Position numbers and translations under genes: made by a program. Positions 10,366-20,139 of a stretch of DNA of 64,000 nt are shown here, piece by piece; position 1 is the stretch's first letter, and every line of letters begins with the position of its first letter. Origin of the DNA: an uncultured candidate division Zixibacteria bacterium (GTDB taxonomy: Bacteria > Zixibacteria > MSB-5A5 > UBA10806 > 4484-95). The stretch spans positions 1,024,001 to 1,088,000 of the forward strand of contig CAXXKA010000008.1 of the NCBI GenBank assembly GCA_963668625.2, written 5' to 3'. The notes under the pieces are model-generated. The model was not told the origin of the DNA. It did not search any database and worked only from the letters and a program-made list of their open reading frames with translations.

Positions 10366-11244
10366 CTAAAATAAGGTGGAATTTCTAAGTATTAGTCCAT
10401 TATTTTTCTGTTTAATCGATTCCTTTTTTGAATTTAAATTATAAACCTCATAAGGCGTCTTGCCGTTTAAGGCCTGATGGAAACGTTCGGTGTTGTAGAA
10501 TTCGAAATACCTCTTCAAACCGAGGTAAGCCTCCGCCGGCGTCTGGTAATCGTGAAGATAAACCTCCTCGTACTTGACCGATCTCCACAGACGCTCGACA
10601 AAAATATTGTCAAGATACCGACCGCGACCGTCCATGCTGATAGCGATCCGCTTGTCTTGCAGTACACCGGTGAAATCCTTGTCGGTAAACTGTGTTCCCT
10701 GATCGCTGTTGAATATCTCCGGCTGTTTGCCATCCAACGATTCCTCCAATGCCTCCACGCAGAAAGAGCTCTCAAGAGTATTGGACAAACGCCAGGCAAG
10801 AACGTAACGCGAGAACCAATCAATCACTGCCGCCAGATAGAGAAAGCCCCGGCTAAGACGAATATACGTGATATCGGCGCTCCAGACCTGGTCAACATGA
10901 TCAATCAGGACATCGCGTAAAAGATACGGATATATCTTGTTAGACGGACAAGGCTTGCTCGTATTTGGTTTAGGGTAAACAGCTTGAAGACCCATAATCC
11001 TCATCAGACGTTCAACCCGCTTGTGATTTATATCATATCCCTGAGACTTTAGACAGAGTGTCATCTTAGGACTGCCGTAAAACGGGGTCCTGGTATATTG
11101 ATCGTCAAGCAGACGCATAAGTGTCAGGTTCAAATCGCTTTCCCCAGTAGGCCGGTAGTAGTAGCTTGAACGGGGAAGCCCCAAAAGCTGGCACTGACGG
11201 CTAATTGAAATGTCCGGGTTTGATCGTTCCACCAGATTCCTCAA
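10366..11244 (-). CDS. IS3 transposase OrfB (integrase core)
   Basis: WSADITY, FNSDQG, NIFVERLWRSVKYE (DDE triad), RFHQAL. Confidence 0.93.
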   Translation of the reverse strand: MRNLVERSNPDISISRQCQLLGLPRSSYYYRPTGESDLNLTLMRLLDDQYTRTPFYGSPKMTLCLKSQGYDINHKRVERLMRIMGLQAVYPKPNTSKPCPSNKIYPYLLRDVLIDHVDQVWSADITYIRLSRGFLYLAAVIDWFSRYVLAWRLSNTLESSFCVEALEESLDGKQPEIFNSDQGTQFTDKDFTGVLQDKRIAISMDGRGRYLDNIFVERLWRSVKYEEVYLHDYQTPAEAYLGLKRYFEFYNTERFHQALNGKTPYEVYNLNSKKESIKQKNNGLILRNSTLF

Positions 11245-11248
11245 ATCC

Positions 11249-11536
11249 TCAGGCGAGACGCCCGCTCCTTTTTTTTAGAAATGCCAACTCCACCTGAAGC
11301 TTACCAATCTCCTGATAGAGAGCATCCATCCTGGCTTGCTCATCCTCCCGCAACTTGGCCTTGCCGTTAGAAAAGGCTTCCGGGAGAGACTGTAAAGCCT
11401 GCTTCTTCCACATACCAACCTGATTAGGGTGTACTTCGTATTCCGAGGCTATCTGATTAACGGTCTTCTGACCGCGAATGGCCTCTATGGCTACTTTTGC
11501 TTTAAGCTCCCCGCTGTATCGACTTCGCTTCATCAA
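11249..11536 (-). CDS. IS3 OrfA (HTH), with A8G slippery site for -1 frameshift into OrfB
   Basis: KAKVAIEA...IASEYEVHPNQVGMWKK; T8 run at 11269-11276 reads CTAAAAAAAAGG on the minus strand. Confidence 0.9.
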   Translation of the reverse strand: MMKRSRYSGELKAKVAIEAIRGQKTVNQIASEYEVHPNQVGMWKKQALQSLPEAFSNGKAKLREDEQARMDALYQEIGKLQVELAFLKKRSGRLA

Positions 11537-12436
11537 TTACCCTTTCTGGACATTTCTACTAATTTAATACCACCTTAAACAATTGTCCAGTTTTTGGGGG
11601 AAACCTCACTGCTTCAGGCCATTTACATAGAAAACCTAATAAAGTAGCACGAAAAATATTTTTAAGAGCACTGTCATGGCAAGTTATTATTGCTTGATAC
11701 AAATTAAAATAGATATTCCCTCTATCAATTTTCGCTATATACTTGCTATAATAGATAGGTAGGGAGTATTTAGTTATTGGAGGGGAAAGAATAATATCAA
11801 ATAAATTATCTAAATCATCATTAAAATATCCGCGGTACAGCTTAGTCATATTAAAGTTGGTACATATATTATTTACAGGCTTAATTAATTCCATTCTTCT
11901 TTTTTCAGCCCATTTTTCAATATTAAATTCATTTTGCTTATCATTTTTCATACAAACCTAACCTTTTATATATTTAAACAGTAACAATAATATCTTAAAA
12001 TAATATTTCAAAGAATAATATTGTTAGTTAACCACCTGAGACATTTAGTCTTTGATTTTAATGATCCGTTATTACATTCTTGGAAAGTCAAGATTTTTAA
12101 GAAACAGTAAGGCGGATAGGGATGGATATGGTATTGCATTTTATATAACTAATTGTCTTTCAGGCGATTGCCAGGCAGTACTTTGGCTCCTATATTTAAT
12201 CTCACCATCTTCCAACGACTTACGAGATCGCACAAACTGCTTTTAGATACCCTGAAATATTTTAAGCCTCTGTGAAGGCAAATTTCGAATTGATGAAAAT
12301 ACACGCTAAAGAACGAAAAAAAATATCGGGCCCATATTTACGACTGGCGATGCAAACACGTCAGCTTCAACAACTTCTAATGGGTTTGTTAAGTATTTAA
12401 CCTACTGAAAATAAATAAGTTATGGTATTTTTTTGC

Positions 12437-12465
12437 TTGACTTCGGAGACTAAAAAGGCTATATT
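12437..12465 (+). promoter_or_regulatory. sigma70-type promoter of the replication module
   Basis: TTGACT, 17 bp, TATATT. Confidence 0.55.
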
Positions 12466-12594
12466 GAATTTGGTGGCCATAAAGCTTTTCGCATCACATC
12501 TTGGAAAATCCCAATCAATGAAATCATGGAAATAAATGATAAGGTATGAATGTCATGCCTCTGTCAATAATTAAACATCAAATCAAAGTAGATT

Positions 12595-12822
12595 ATGAAT
12601 ACCAAAGACATGAATTATGCCGCTTACTTGCTGGCAAACAATCGTAAATTGGAAAGCTGTTATCCTGACGGACGAAAGTTCTGGTTTGTGTTTCCTGATG
12701 ACGAGGAAGTAAAATTACTTACCCAAAAGTATTATCTAAATACCGGGCCAATAAATCCGCAGGACTTTGTAAACGCACAGAAGATATTGAAGAACCTGGT
12801 TAGAAACTTTCAACCAGCCTGA
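12595..12822 (+). CDS. Small DUF5659-like protein
   Basis: TKDMNYAAYLL...GRKFWFVF pattern recalled from small proteins of mobile elements; by-eye assignment. Confidence 0.6.
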   Translation: MNTKDMNYAAYLLANNRKLESCYPDGRKFWFVFPDDEEVKLLTQKYYLNTGPINPQDFVNAQKILKNLVRNFQPA

Positions 12823-12905
12823 TAAAGGAATAACAAATATGAAAACATGCAATATTAATAAGGAGCTGTTAAACAGCTCGGCTCTTTTCATTAAAGAGCC
12901 ACTAT

Positions 12906-15413
12906 ATGAAACCACAATCCATAGTAATTTTAATGAATCAAAAACTTATTCAAGAAGTATTCTCAACATTAAAGAAAGGAGAATTTATCAGGCTTGCCTG
13001 GGAAGATGAAAATGAAAAGTTCCATAAGACTGGAACACAAAATTATGAACAATTCATATCAAAAGTAGATGAATTAAAATCCTTCCCTTATATTGCTAGT
13101 ATTTGGTTTACCCCCAATCCCAGCAATTCACCATCATCACATACTCAGGATGATATTACCCGAGCCCACTGGGTATATGTCGATATTGATGATGTCTCCC
13201 CCGAAGAATTCCTACAAAAATACGATTATATCAAACCAACCTATACTGTAGCCACCGGCCATGGAGTCCAGCTTTATTGGAAGTTGAAACGCCCCATAGC
13301 TATACCTAATGAACAATGGCAAGCCATAGAAAATGCAATAAAACGCAAATTCCATGGAGAAAAGGGTGAATCATGTTCATTGCTAAGGGTACCTGATACA
13401 CCAAACCGCAAGCATCTTATTGAGAAGCATAGAAAAAAGGGCTATACGGTTGAAACTAAATGTGAAGTCATTGGATTTTGTGATGAAGAATATGATCTTG
13501 ATGATTTTATCGAAGCAGGTTTGGATATTGATAATCAGCCCACGGAGATCGTGACAAGCCCTACAGCTAAACGTTCTCTCGATGACCTGAAACGAATACG
13601 CCAGTATTGTCCAGCTATAAACGAAGCCTTTTTATCGATAGAAAATAACAAAGGTAACGAAAAGACAATCGGTCATTACAAACGCCTGGCAGTAGCCAGC
13701 ATGATAAAACATACAATCGATGATGAAAAATATCTGTTGAAATTATTCAGCAAGGTATCTGATTTTGATCCTCAAAAAACTTTAAAGTATTACAGAAGTC
13801 TGGATAAATGGCCTTTTACCTGTGCAAAACTACAGGAAAAAGAACTATGTAGTGAAACTTGCCAATTGATGACAGACCTCAACAAAAAAAGTCCTATAGT
13901 ATTCGCATATCGCTCCGGTGTTCAATTGAAAACTACCGATACCTTATTAAATGAAACCGAGAATGATAGTAGTTTCAAAGAGTTGATGAAGCGCGTAAAA
14001 TCCATTGAAAACCCGGTAAATCAGGAAAAACTGATAAGCAAGGTTATTGCCGAAACCGGCATAAACAAATCTTCTATCAACCGTTATATGAAAAAGATCA
14101 AAGTTCGAGATGATATTAAATCATACATCGTCAACGGTGAAGTTGATCCCGTGAAAGCGGCGATATATATAATCAGGCAATACCAGCTAATGCGATATCA
14201 ACAGGATTTCTATAAATATCAGGATGGAATATGGGAGCTTATGCCTCAGGAGGAAGTCGAGTCGTTAATTCATCACGAGATCAAACAGTATTCGGACAAC
14301 CATACAATAAGCGAGGTCATAAATGCAGTCAAAAGAGAGGCTTTAATTAAACCCAACACGGTTGATAAAGCCCAGGGTAAGTATTGGATAGCAGCCAGCA
14401 ACGGATTATTAGATGCAGAAACGAAAGCTCTTCGCGATTTTACGCAGGAAGACTACAGGTTCATCAAAATGAACGCGAAATATAATGCGGCAGCTGATTG
14501 TCCTGTCTTTAAAGAATTTTTACGCGAGTTGTTCATGTACGACACTGATGCCGCTGATAAACGTAAACTCGTTCAGGAGATATTCGGCTATCTGCTGATA
14601 CCCGACTACTCTCTCATAAAGAAGATGTTTTATTTCTACGGGCCGAAAGCTAACAACGGCAAATCATCGTTAATTGAAATCATACGATCAGTAATGGGGC
14701 CAGGGTATTTTGATAGTGTCCCCATGGATAAATTGAATGGATTTTTATTGAAACGGCTGCAGGGAAAACATGCTAACGTCGTAGGTGACCAGGATGCGTA
14801 TACGAAGGTGCCTGACGGCATATTGAAACAATTGATTGGCGGCATGGATGAAATCACAGCGGATGTGAAATACAAGGACGCTATTACGTTCACTAATTAT
14901 GCGAGATTGATATTTGCCGTTAATAAACTGCCGTTTTCAGAAGCGAAAGACGAAGGTTATTTTACCCGAGCCGTAATCCTAACGTTCAATAACCAGTTTT
15001 TAATAAATCCTGATCGTAAGGATCACCGGCAAATGAAAGCCGACGTTGAGAAAATACAATACATAAAGGATAATGAAAAAGAAGGTATTCTCAACTGGAT
15101 GCTGGAGGGTTTGAGCAGATTGCTGGCAAACAAGAAACTAACGATTCCCACTTCATCAGAATCAGCTGTGAAGGATTACAAAACAAACAACAACAGTATA
15201 TTGTTATTTGTTGGCGATAACTGTCAGCTAGGACCTACTTTCCAAGTGAGTCAATCTGAGTTGTATACGAATTACAGAGGCTGGTGCCAGGACCAGGGAT
15301 TTAAAGGCTATGCGAATTCGGTCACGTTTTATGATTTGCTTGAGAGGGAGTACAAGGTTGTTCGACAGAGAACCAAAAATTCACGACGTCTTGTAGGAAT
15401 TAAATTAACCTGA
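12906..15413 (+). CDS. Replicase: RepB-type primase + PriL-like Cys/His domain + D5/P4-family SF3 helicase
   Basis: YVDIDD, TGHGVQLYW and LLRVPDTPN (RepB-like primase); CPAI...HYKR...PFTC...CSETC; NGLLD (D5_N); Walker A GPKANNGKS; LIFAVN. Confidence 0.85.
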   Translation: MKPQSIVILMNQKLIQEVFSTLKKGEFIRLAWEDENEKFHKTGTQNYEQFISKVDELKSFPYIASIWFTPNPSNSPSSHTQDDITRAHWVYVDIDDVSPEEFLQKYDYIKPTYTVATGHGVQLYWKLKRPIAIPNEQWQAIENAIKRKFHGEKGESCSLLRVPDTPNRKHLIEKHRKKGYTVETKCEVIGFCDEEYDLDDFIEAGLDIDNQPTEIVTSPTAKRSLDDLKRIRQYCPAINEAFLSIENNKGNEKTIGHYKRLAVASMIKHTIDDEKYLLKLFSKVSDFDPQKTLKYYRSLDKWPFTCAKLQEKELCSETCQLMTDLNKKSPIVFAYRSGVQLKTTDTLLNETENDSSFKELMKRVKSIENPVNQEKLISKVIAETGINKSSINRYMKKIKVRDDIKSYIVNGEVDPVKAAIYIIRQYQLMRYQQDFYKYQDGIWELMPQEEVESLIHHEIKQYSDNHTISEVINAVKREALIKPNTVDKAQGKYWIAASNGLLDAETKALRDFTQEDYRFIKMNAKYNAAADCPVFKEFLRELFMYDTDAADKRKLVQEIFGYLLIPDYSLIKKMFYFYGPKANNGKSSLIEIIRSVMGPGYFDSVPMDKLNGFLLKRLQGKHANVVGDQDAYTKVPDGILKQLIGGMDEITADVKYKDAITFTNYARLIFAVNKLPFSEAKDEGYFTRAVILTFNNQFLINPDRKDHRQMKADVEKIQYIKDNEKEGILNWMLEGLSRLLANKKLTIPTSSESAVKDYKTNNNSILLFVGDNCQLGPTFQVSQSELYTNYRGWCQDQGFKGYANSVTFYDLLEREYKVVRQRTKNSRRLVGIKLT

Positions 15414-15655
15414 TTTTGTCACCTTTGTCACCCTCTGTCACCGCGTAAGTCTATGTGTATCAACAGAGATGACAAAATGACAAGAAAATAGCCTAAAAAA
15501 GTTTTACAGGGAAAAAATAAAAAAATTTTGTAAATGAAAATAGTTTTTAAACCGTAATTTAACATCGTTTTGTCACCCGACCAGCTAACCAGTTATGTAT
15601 TATTAAGATAAGGGAGTTGGGATGGGTGACAAACGATGACAAAGGTGACAAAATA
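15414..15655. repeat. Iteron-like TGTCACC/GGTGACA array around an A/T tract; candidate replication origin
   Basis: TGTCACC at 15417, 15426, 15436, 15571; TGACAA at 15470, 15478; GGTGACA/GATGACA at 15625, 15635, 15644; A-rich core ~15484-15560. Confidence 0.7.
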
Positions 15656-15661
15656 ATTACC

Positions 15662-15850
15662 ATGACATACAGAAAGAAATTCATTCCTCATATAAATCTG
15701 AGGAAAGCATTACATCATCCAAGATTGGACACCATCGAAGCAGAACCTAAGCAAGATTTCGCTGACGGTAGCGGTTTTCTGGCTGAAATGCGCGAAATGG
15801 ATTATTTAGCTGACGAATCAATCAAATCATATGCTCCCACTACTAATTGA
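15662..15850 (+). CDS. Small hypothetical protein (start uncertain)
   Basis: Part of ORF 15617..15850; ATG at 15662 lies just past the repeat array. Confidence 0.35.
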   Translation: MTYRKKFIPHINLRKALHHPRLDTIEAEPKQDFADGSGFLAEMREMDYLADESIKSYAPTTN

Positions 15851-15910
15851 TGGTAGGTATGCCACAATGGCGCACCAAAAAACAATAAACACTTAACCAG
15901 TATCATCTAT

Positions 15911-16426
15911 ATGAATAAATATAATAAGTTAACCTCTGACAATAATGACAAACCAATGAAAAACATGTTTATCAATCATAACGGCATAATCTGCTACATA
16001 TCAAAAATCAGCCAACCACACAAAATCTGGTACCATATCTGGGTAGATATAGCAAATTACGGCCAGCGGTATATTGAAGAAAAGCTGAGCGTAACCGATC
16101 CCGATATTCAGCAGAAGTTGCGAGATGAATTTTATCATGCTATTGAGTCCCATACGATACAACAATCCGACTTATTGGAGGAGCATAACCTTCGATTCGA
16201 TAAAACTGACTATCCATTTTATCTGATGGACAAAACTAAAACCTCGGTCACTATATTCATGGAAAAAGGCCTATTCACACTTGGAGAATGGCGTCCGCTT
16301 GGTTATCCCTGGGCAGTCGTTTATAGAACCGACACACCTCAACAGATTCAGGCAAAGCTATTTGATCACAGAAAGCAATTCGGTGTTTCGATGTATAAGA
16401 AGCTAAGGAAGATCTGCAACTGGTAA
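15911..16426 (+). CDS. Hypothetical protein
   Basis: 171 aa ORF downstream of the replicase; no motif recognised. Confidence 0.55.
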   Translation: MNKYNKLTSDNNDKPMKNMFINHNGIICYISKISQPHKIWYHIWVDIANYGQRYIEEKLSVTDPDIQQKLRDEFYHAIESHTIQQSDLLEEHNLRFDKTDYPFYLMDKTKTSVTIFMEKGLFTLGEWRPLGYPWAVVYRTDTPQQIQAKLFDHRKQFGVSMYKKLRKICNW

Positions 16427-16464
16427 CATCTCAATTATGGCATAAGGATTTAAAGGAGTCCCAT

Positions 16465-16644
16465 ATGAACGACAAACTAAATCTGGCCATAATGACAATA
16501 TTCTCCTCACTTACCACTAACTGGGAAGATAACGGAAACATAATGGCCGAAGCTGTAAGAGATAATGTTCTGGCGAATTTGTCTACTCTTACAGGAAAGA
16601 GCATCTCTGAACTGGAAAAAGAGATTGAAGCGATGGTTGAATAA
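16465..16644 (+). CDS. 59 aa hypothetical protein (below the ORF-track cutoff)
   Basis: AAAGGAG SD, MNDKLNLAIM...EKEIEAMVE*, directly followed by a terminator. Confidence 0.6.
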   Translation: MNDKLNLAIMTIFSSLTTNWEDNGNIMAEAVRDNVLANLSTLTGKSISELEKEIEAMVE

Positions 16645-16646
16645 TG

Positions 16647-16681
16647 AAAGCCCCTGCTATTGATATAGTAGGGGCTTTTTT
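16647..16681 (+). terminator. Rho-independent terminator ending the replication module
   Basis: AAAGCCCCTGCTAT...ATAGTAGGGGCTTTTTT. Confidence 0.8.
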
Positions 16682-16971
16682 ATGATATTTTAAGTATAAT
16701 ACCAGCAAAATCTCCATTACAAATCATGATAGTGTATAGATCTGACTCTGAATATTTTAAAATCCATAGTATAAACTGTTTTGCCATCCTATTGCTAACT
16801 TATGAGCAGTCTGTGATATATCGATAGAAATATGTCAATATCGTTTTAGCTTCTAGCAGGAAAAACACTTTAATTATAGTAAAATATTTAATTGTTTTTA
16901 TATACAGGTTTAGCTATATTTCGTTGATGCTTTATGTTAGCTTTTGATGTTTTTGGTCCTTAAGGTATAAA

Positions 16972-19900
16972 ATGGCTGATAGAAAGAAATCTGGTGCAGA
17001 TCTATTTATAGTAGATAACAGCGACTCCAAGTGGAAAGTAAAACAATACCTACTTGATTGGGCAGATATTGCCAACAAACTGGACATCGCTACTGGCTAT
17101 TTTGAAATAGGCTCACTACTTGCCCTTGATGGGCAGTGGCAGAAATTGGAAAAGCTGCGAATACTGATGGGCGACCAGGTGTCAATGCGGACTAAACGAG
17201 CGCTTCTGGCTGGAATAGAAGCCGCTAAAGAAGTGCTTGACCATAGTATTGAAAAAGAGAAGGAAGATAATGATTTTCTAACTGGCGTCCCTGCAATAGT
17301 TGATGCCATCAACAAAAAGCAAATTGTTTGCAGAATTTACAATAAAGCTAAATTTCATGCGAAAGCTTACATTACACATGCGAAAAAAGAAGTAATTGGA
17401 TCCTCAGCCCTCGTTGGCTCAAGTAATTTTACTTATCCAGGGCTTACAACAAACATAGAGCTAAATATACAAATTAGGCGCGAAGTTGAGATTCTCCAAG
17501 AATGGTATGAACAACATTGGAAAGAAGCTCATGATGTATCTGAAGATATTCTAAAAGTTATCGAACGCCATATTAAGAAATATACTCCCTTTGAAGTATA
17601 TGCCAAATCCCTGCAAGAATTTTTCCGAGGACATGAAATAACTGTTGGTGAATGGGAGTTAATGGGACCTGATAACGGTGGCTCTCATGTTTATCAGAGG
17701 CTTGACCAATATCAAAAAGACGGCTACAAAGCTATAATGAAAATAGCTAGACAATATAATGGAGCGTTCCTTTGCGATGGAGTAGGTCTTGGTAAGACAT
17801 TTATTGGCTTAATGATTATTGAACGTCTCTGTATGTTTGGTCGTAAACGAGTCGCCCTCTTTGTGCCGAAAGCGGCCAGGAAGCCTGTCTGGGAAACACA
17901 CTTGAAAAAGTATTTGCCACACTTAAGAGGTGTTTTTTCTAACCTTGCAATTTTCAATCATACTGACCTTTCTCGTGAAGGCGAATTTCCCGAGCAATTT
18001 GAAAGAATCACCAAGATGGCTGATGCAATAGTAATTGACGAAGCTCATCACTTCAGAAATCCTGGTATCAAAGGTGAACTTACTGGCAAACCTTCCCGAT
18101 ATCGAAAGATGTTTGAAATCGCTGAGGGGAAACAGCTTTATCTTCTGACAGCAACGCCAGTTAATAACAAATTGATTGATCTCCAACATATGATTGAGCT
18201 TTTCTCTCGCAAAGACTCTGAATACTTTAAATCTGCACCACTGGGGATACATTCACTTCGAGGGCATTTTATAAAAATGGAGAATGCCTTAAAACGAATT
18301 CTGGAAGAGAAACACAACTCTGATGAATTCACTTCCGAAATTAGCCTGGCAGATGCCGAACGTATACTCAAAGATGATTCATTATTTAGAGCTCTCGTCG
18401 TTCAAAGAAGCAGAGAATATGTTAGAAAAAGCCAGATACAAAATGATGAATCGGCTGCTACATTTCCGGCAAGGTCTGAACCTAAAGTAGTAAACTATTC
18501 GATTAAAAAAACATATGGTGCTTTACTAGATTTACTTGAAAAAGCATTTTCTAAAAGGAAACCCCTCTTCACTTTGGCAATCTATTTTCCTCTAGCTTAT
18601 TATATTGGCCCGGATGAGGAAATCGATCCTCTTGCGGAAGGACGCCAGAAACAAGTTGTATCACTTATTCGCACTCAATTCCTCAAACGGTTTGAAAGTT
18701 CTATTAAGTCTTTTGAATTTTCTTGTGCGTCTTTGTTTTTCAAATTGCTAGCTTTTCAAGAAATTAATAGTCAAACTAAATCTGAAAAAGCTAGACTGGA
18801 TAAATGGAAAACCAAATATTCTGAGTTGTTAGATTATATCCGGATTGCCTTCCGTACTATTGATGAAGAAGATATCGAGATGGACGATGACTTAATCCCT
18901 GATGAAATCCTGATGAGGGTTCAGGAATTACCCCGTGATGAATACAATGTGCCCGATATGTTGGCTGATAATTATTTTGACTTGGATCAGTTAGTCGATT
19001 TCATTAAAGAGTTAGCTAAATTCAAGCCATCACATGATGATAAGCTTGCCGCCTTAAAACGAATACTCAAGCAGAATAAATTCTTAAGCCAGCATAAAGT
19101 ATTGATATTTACTGAATATCTAAATACAGCCAGATATCTCAAAGAGCAACTTATACAATCAGGCATAAGCGGTATTGACGAAGTAGATAGTATGGATAAA
19201 AGAGATCGCGGTGATATTATCTCAAGCTTTGCACCATATTATAACGATTATACTAGTGAGAAATTAACAGACGATGGCTTTAAGGAGATTCGAATATTAA
19301 TTTCCACAGACGTACTATCTGAAGGGCTCAACCTTCAGGATGCGACGTTACTAATTAATTATGATATTCACTGGAATCCAGTTAGATTGATGCAGAGAAT
19401 CGGTCGTGTCGATCGAAGGATGAATCCCGATATTGAAAAGCAATTGCTAAAAGACCATCCCGAGCTGGCAGAGACCAGAGGACAAATATATTACTGGAAT
19501 TTCTTGCCTCCTGATGAGCTGGAAAGATTATTAAAATTGTATAATAAAGTAACACACAAAACATTACGAATTTCGAAAATATTTGGTATCGAAGGTAGAA
19601 AGCTTCTTACTCCTGATGACGAGTATGACGCTTTAAAAGACTTTACACATACATACGAAGGTTCAACAACGACCATTGAGGAAATGCATCTGGAGTATCA
19701 GAGGCTCATAAAGGAGATCCCTGATCTTGAAGCGCGACTTAATAATTTGCCAGGAAAGGTCTTTAGTGGAAAAAAACACCCTGATACTGATACCCAAGCT
19801 GTCTTCTTCTGCTACGCTTTGCCGGCCCCCGATACACAGCCATCCCAGATGGACGCGTTCAAGGAAGTCATATGGTCGGAGGATGCCGGTCATACAAAAT

Positions 19901-20127
19901 GGTATCTCTACGATGTTGACACCGAGAAAATTCTGGATGAGCCGGCTGATATAATTGATATTATTCAATGCGAGCCAACTACTCCACGGCATAGAGCCGT
20001 TGAGAATAAAACTCTTTCAGAAATCCGCGTAAAAATCGAAAAGCATATTAAAAATACGTACTTTAAGAAAGTCCAAGCTCCTATCGGAATTAAGGGTGTA
20101 TTGAAGGCATGGATGGAGTTAAGTTAA
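16972..20127 (+). CDS. PLD-nuclease + SNF2-type helicase fusion (restriction-associated)
   Basis: FHAKAY...GSSNFT (PLD HxK), DGVGLGKT, DEAHHFRN, LTATP, SEGLNLQ, QRIGRVDR. Confidence 0.9.
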   Translation: MADRKKSGADLFIVDNSDSKWKVKQYLLDWADIANKLDIATGYFEIGSLLALDGQWQKLEKLRILMGDQVSMRTKRALLAGIEAAKEVLDHSIEKEKEDNDFLTGVPAIVDAINKKQIVCRIYNKAKFHAKAYITHAKKEVIGSSALVGSSNFTYPGLTTNIELNIQIRREVEILQEWYEQHWKEAHDVSEDILKVIERHIKKYTPFEVYAKSLQEFFRGHEITVGEWELMGPDNGGSHVYQRLDQYQKDGYKAIMKIARQYNGAFLCDGVGLGKTFIGLMIIERLCMFGRKRVALFVPKAARKPVWETHLKKYLPHLRGVFSNLAIFNHTDLSREGEFPEQFERITKMADAIVIDEAHHFRNPGIKGELTGKPSRYRKMFEIAEGKQLYLLTATPVNNKLIDLQHMIELFSRKDSEYFKSAPLGIHSLRGHFIKMENALKRILEEKHNSDEFTSEISLADAERILKDDSLFRALVVQRSREYVRKSQIQNDESAATFPARSEPKVVNYSIKKTYGALLDLLEKAFSKRKPLFTLAIYFPLAYYIGPDEEIDPLAEGRQKQVVSLIRTQFLKRFESSIKSFEFSCASLFFKLLAFQEINSQTKSEKARLDKWKTKYSELLDYIRIAFRTIDEEDIEMDDDLIPDEILMRVQELPRDEYNVPDMLADNYFDLDQLVDFIKELAKFKPSHDDKLAALKRILKQNKFLSQHKVLIFTEYLNTARYLKEQLIQSGISGIDEVDSMDKRDRGDIISSFAPYYNDYTSEKLTDDGFKEIRILISTDVLSEGLNLQDATLLINYDIHWNPVRLMQRIGRVDRRMNPDIEKQLLKDHPELAETRGQIYYWNFLPPDELERLLKLYNKVTHKTLRISKIFGIEGRKLLTPDDEYDALKDFTHTYEGSTTTIEEMHLEYQRLIKEIPDLEARLNNLPGKVFSGKKHPDTDTQAVFFCYALPAPDTQPSQMDAFKEVIWSEDAGHTKWYLYDVDTEKILDEPADIIDIIQCEPTTPRHRAVENKTLSEIRVKIEKHIKNTYFKKVQAPIGIKGVLKAWMELS

Positions 20128-20139
20128 TAAGGCATAATA

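Larger units (their letters stand above)
10332..11608 (-). mobile_element. IS3-family element, 1277 bp, 3 bp target duplication CTG
   Basis: Imperfect IRs TGAGGTTTCCCCCAAAAACTGGACA and TTAGCTTCCCCCCATTGTTTGGACA; CTG at 10329-10331 and 11609-11611. Confidence 0.9.
9613..11951 (-). pseudogene. ~352 aa gene (possible C-terminal winged-helix regulator) split by an IS3 element
   Basis: Removing 10332-11608 and one CTG copy fuses ...LCKWPEA (ORF 11559..11951) in frame through EDAYKSSIQNKTSDEL to LPLYLISF (ORF 9613..10281). Confidence 0.85.

Noticed and set aside
12052-12246. 64 aa ORF in the spacer before the replication module
   Set aside because: TTG start, no SD, no recognisable features.
15414-15655. 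CRISPR array
   Set aside because: Repeats are 6-7 bp, in both orientations, without regular unique spacers; no cas genes in the window.
15617-15661. 5' extension of ORF 15617..15850
   Set aside because: It starts at TTG and translates the GGTGACA repeats, so it is more likely origin sequence than coding.
5790-16644. Prophage
   Set aside because: No terminase, portal, capsid, tail or lysis genes were recognised anywhere between the att sites.
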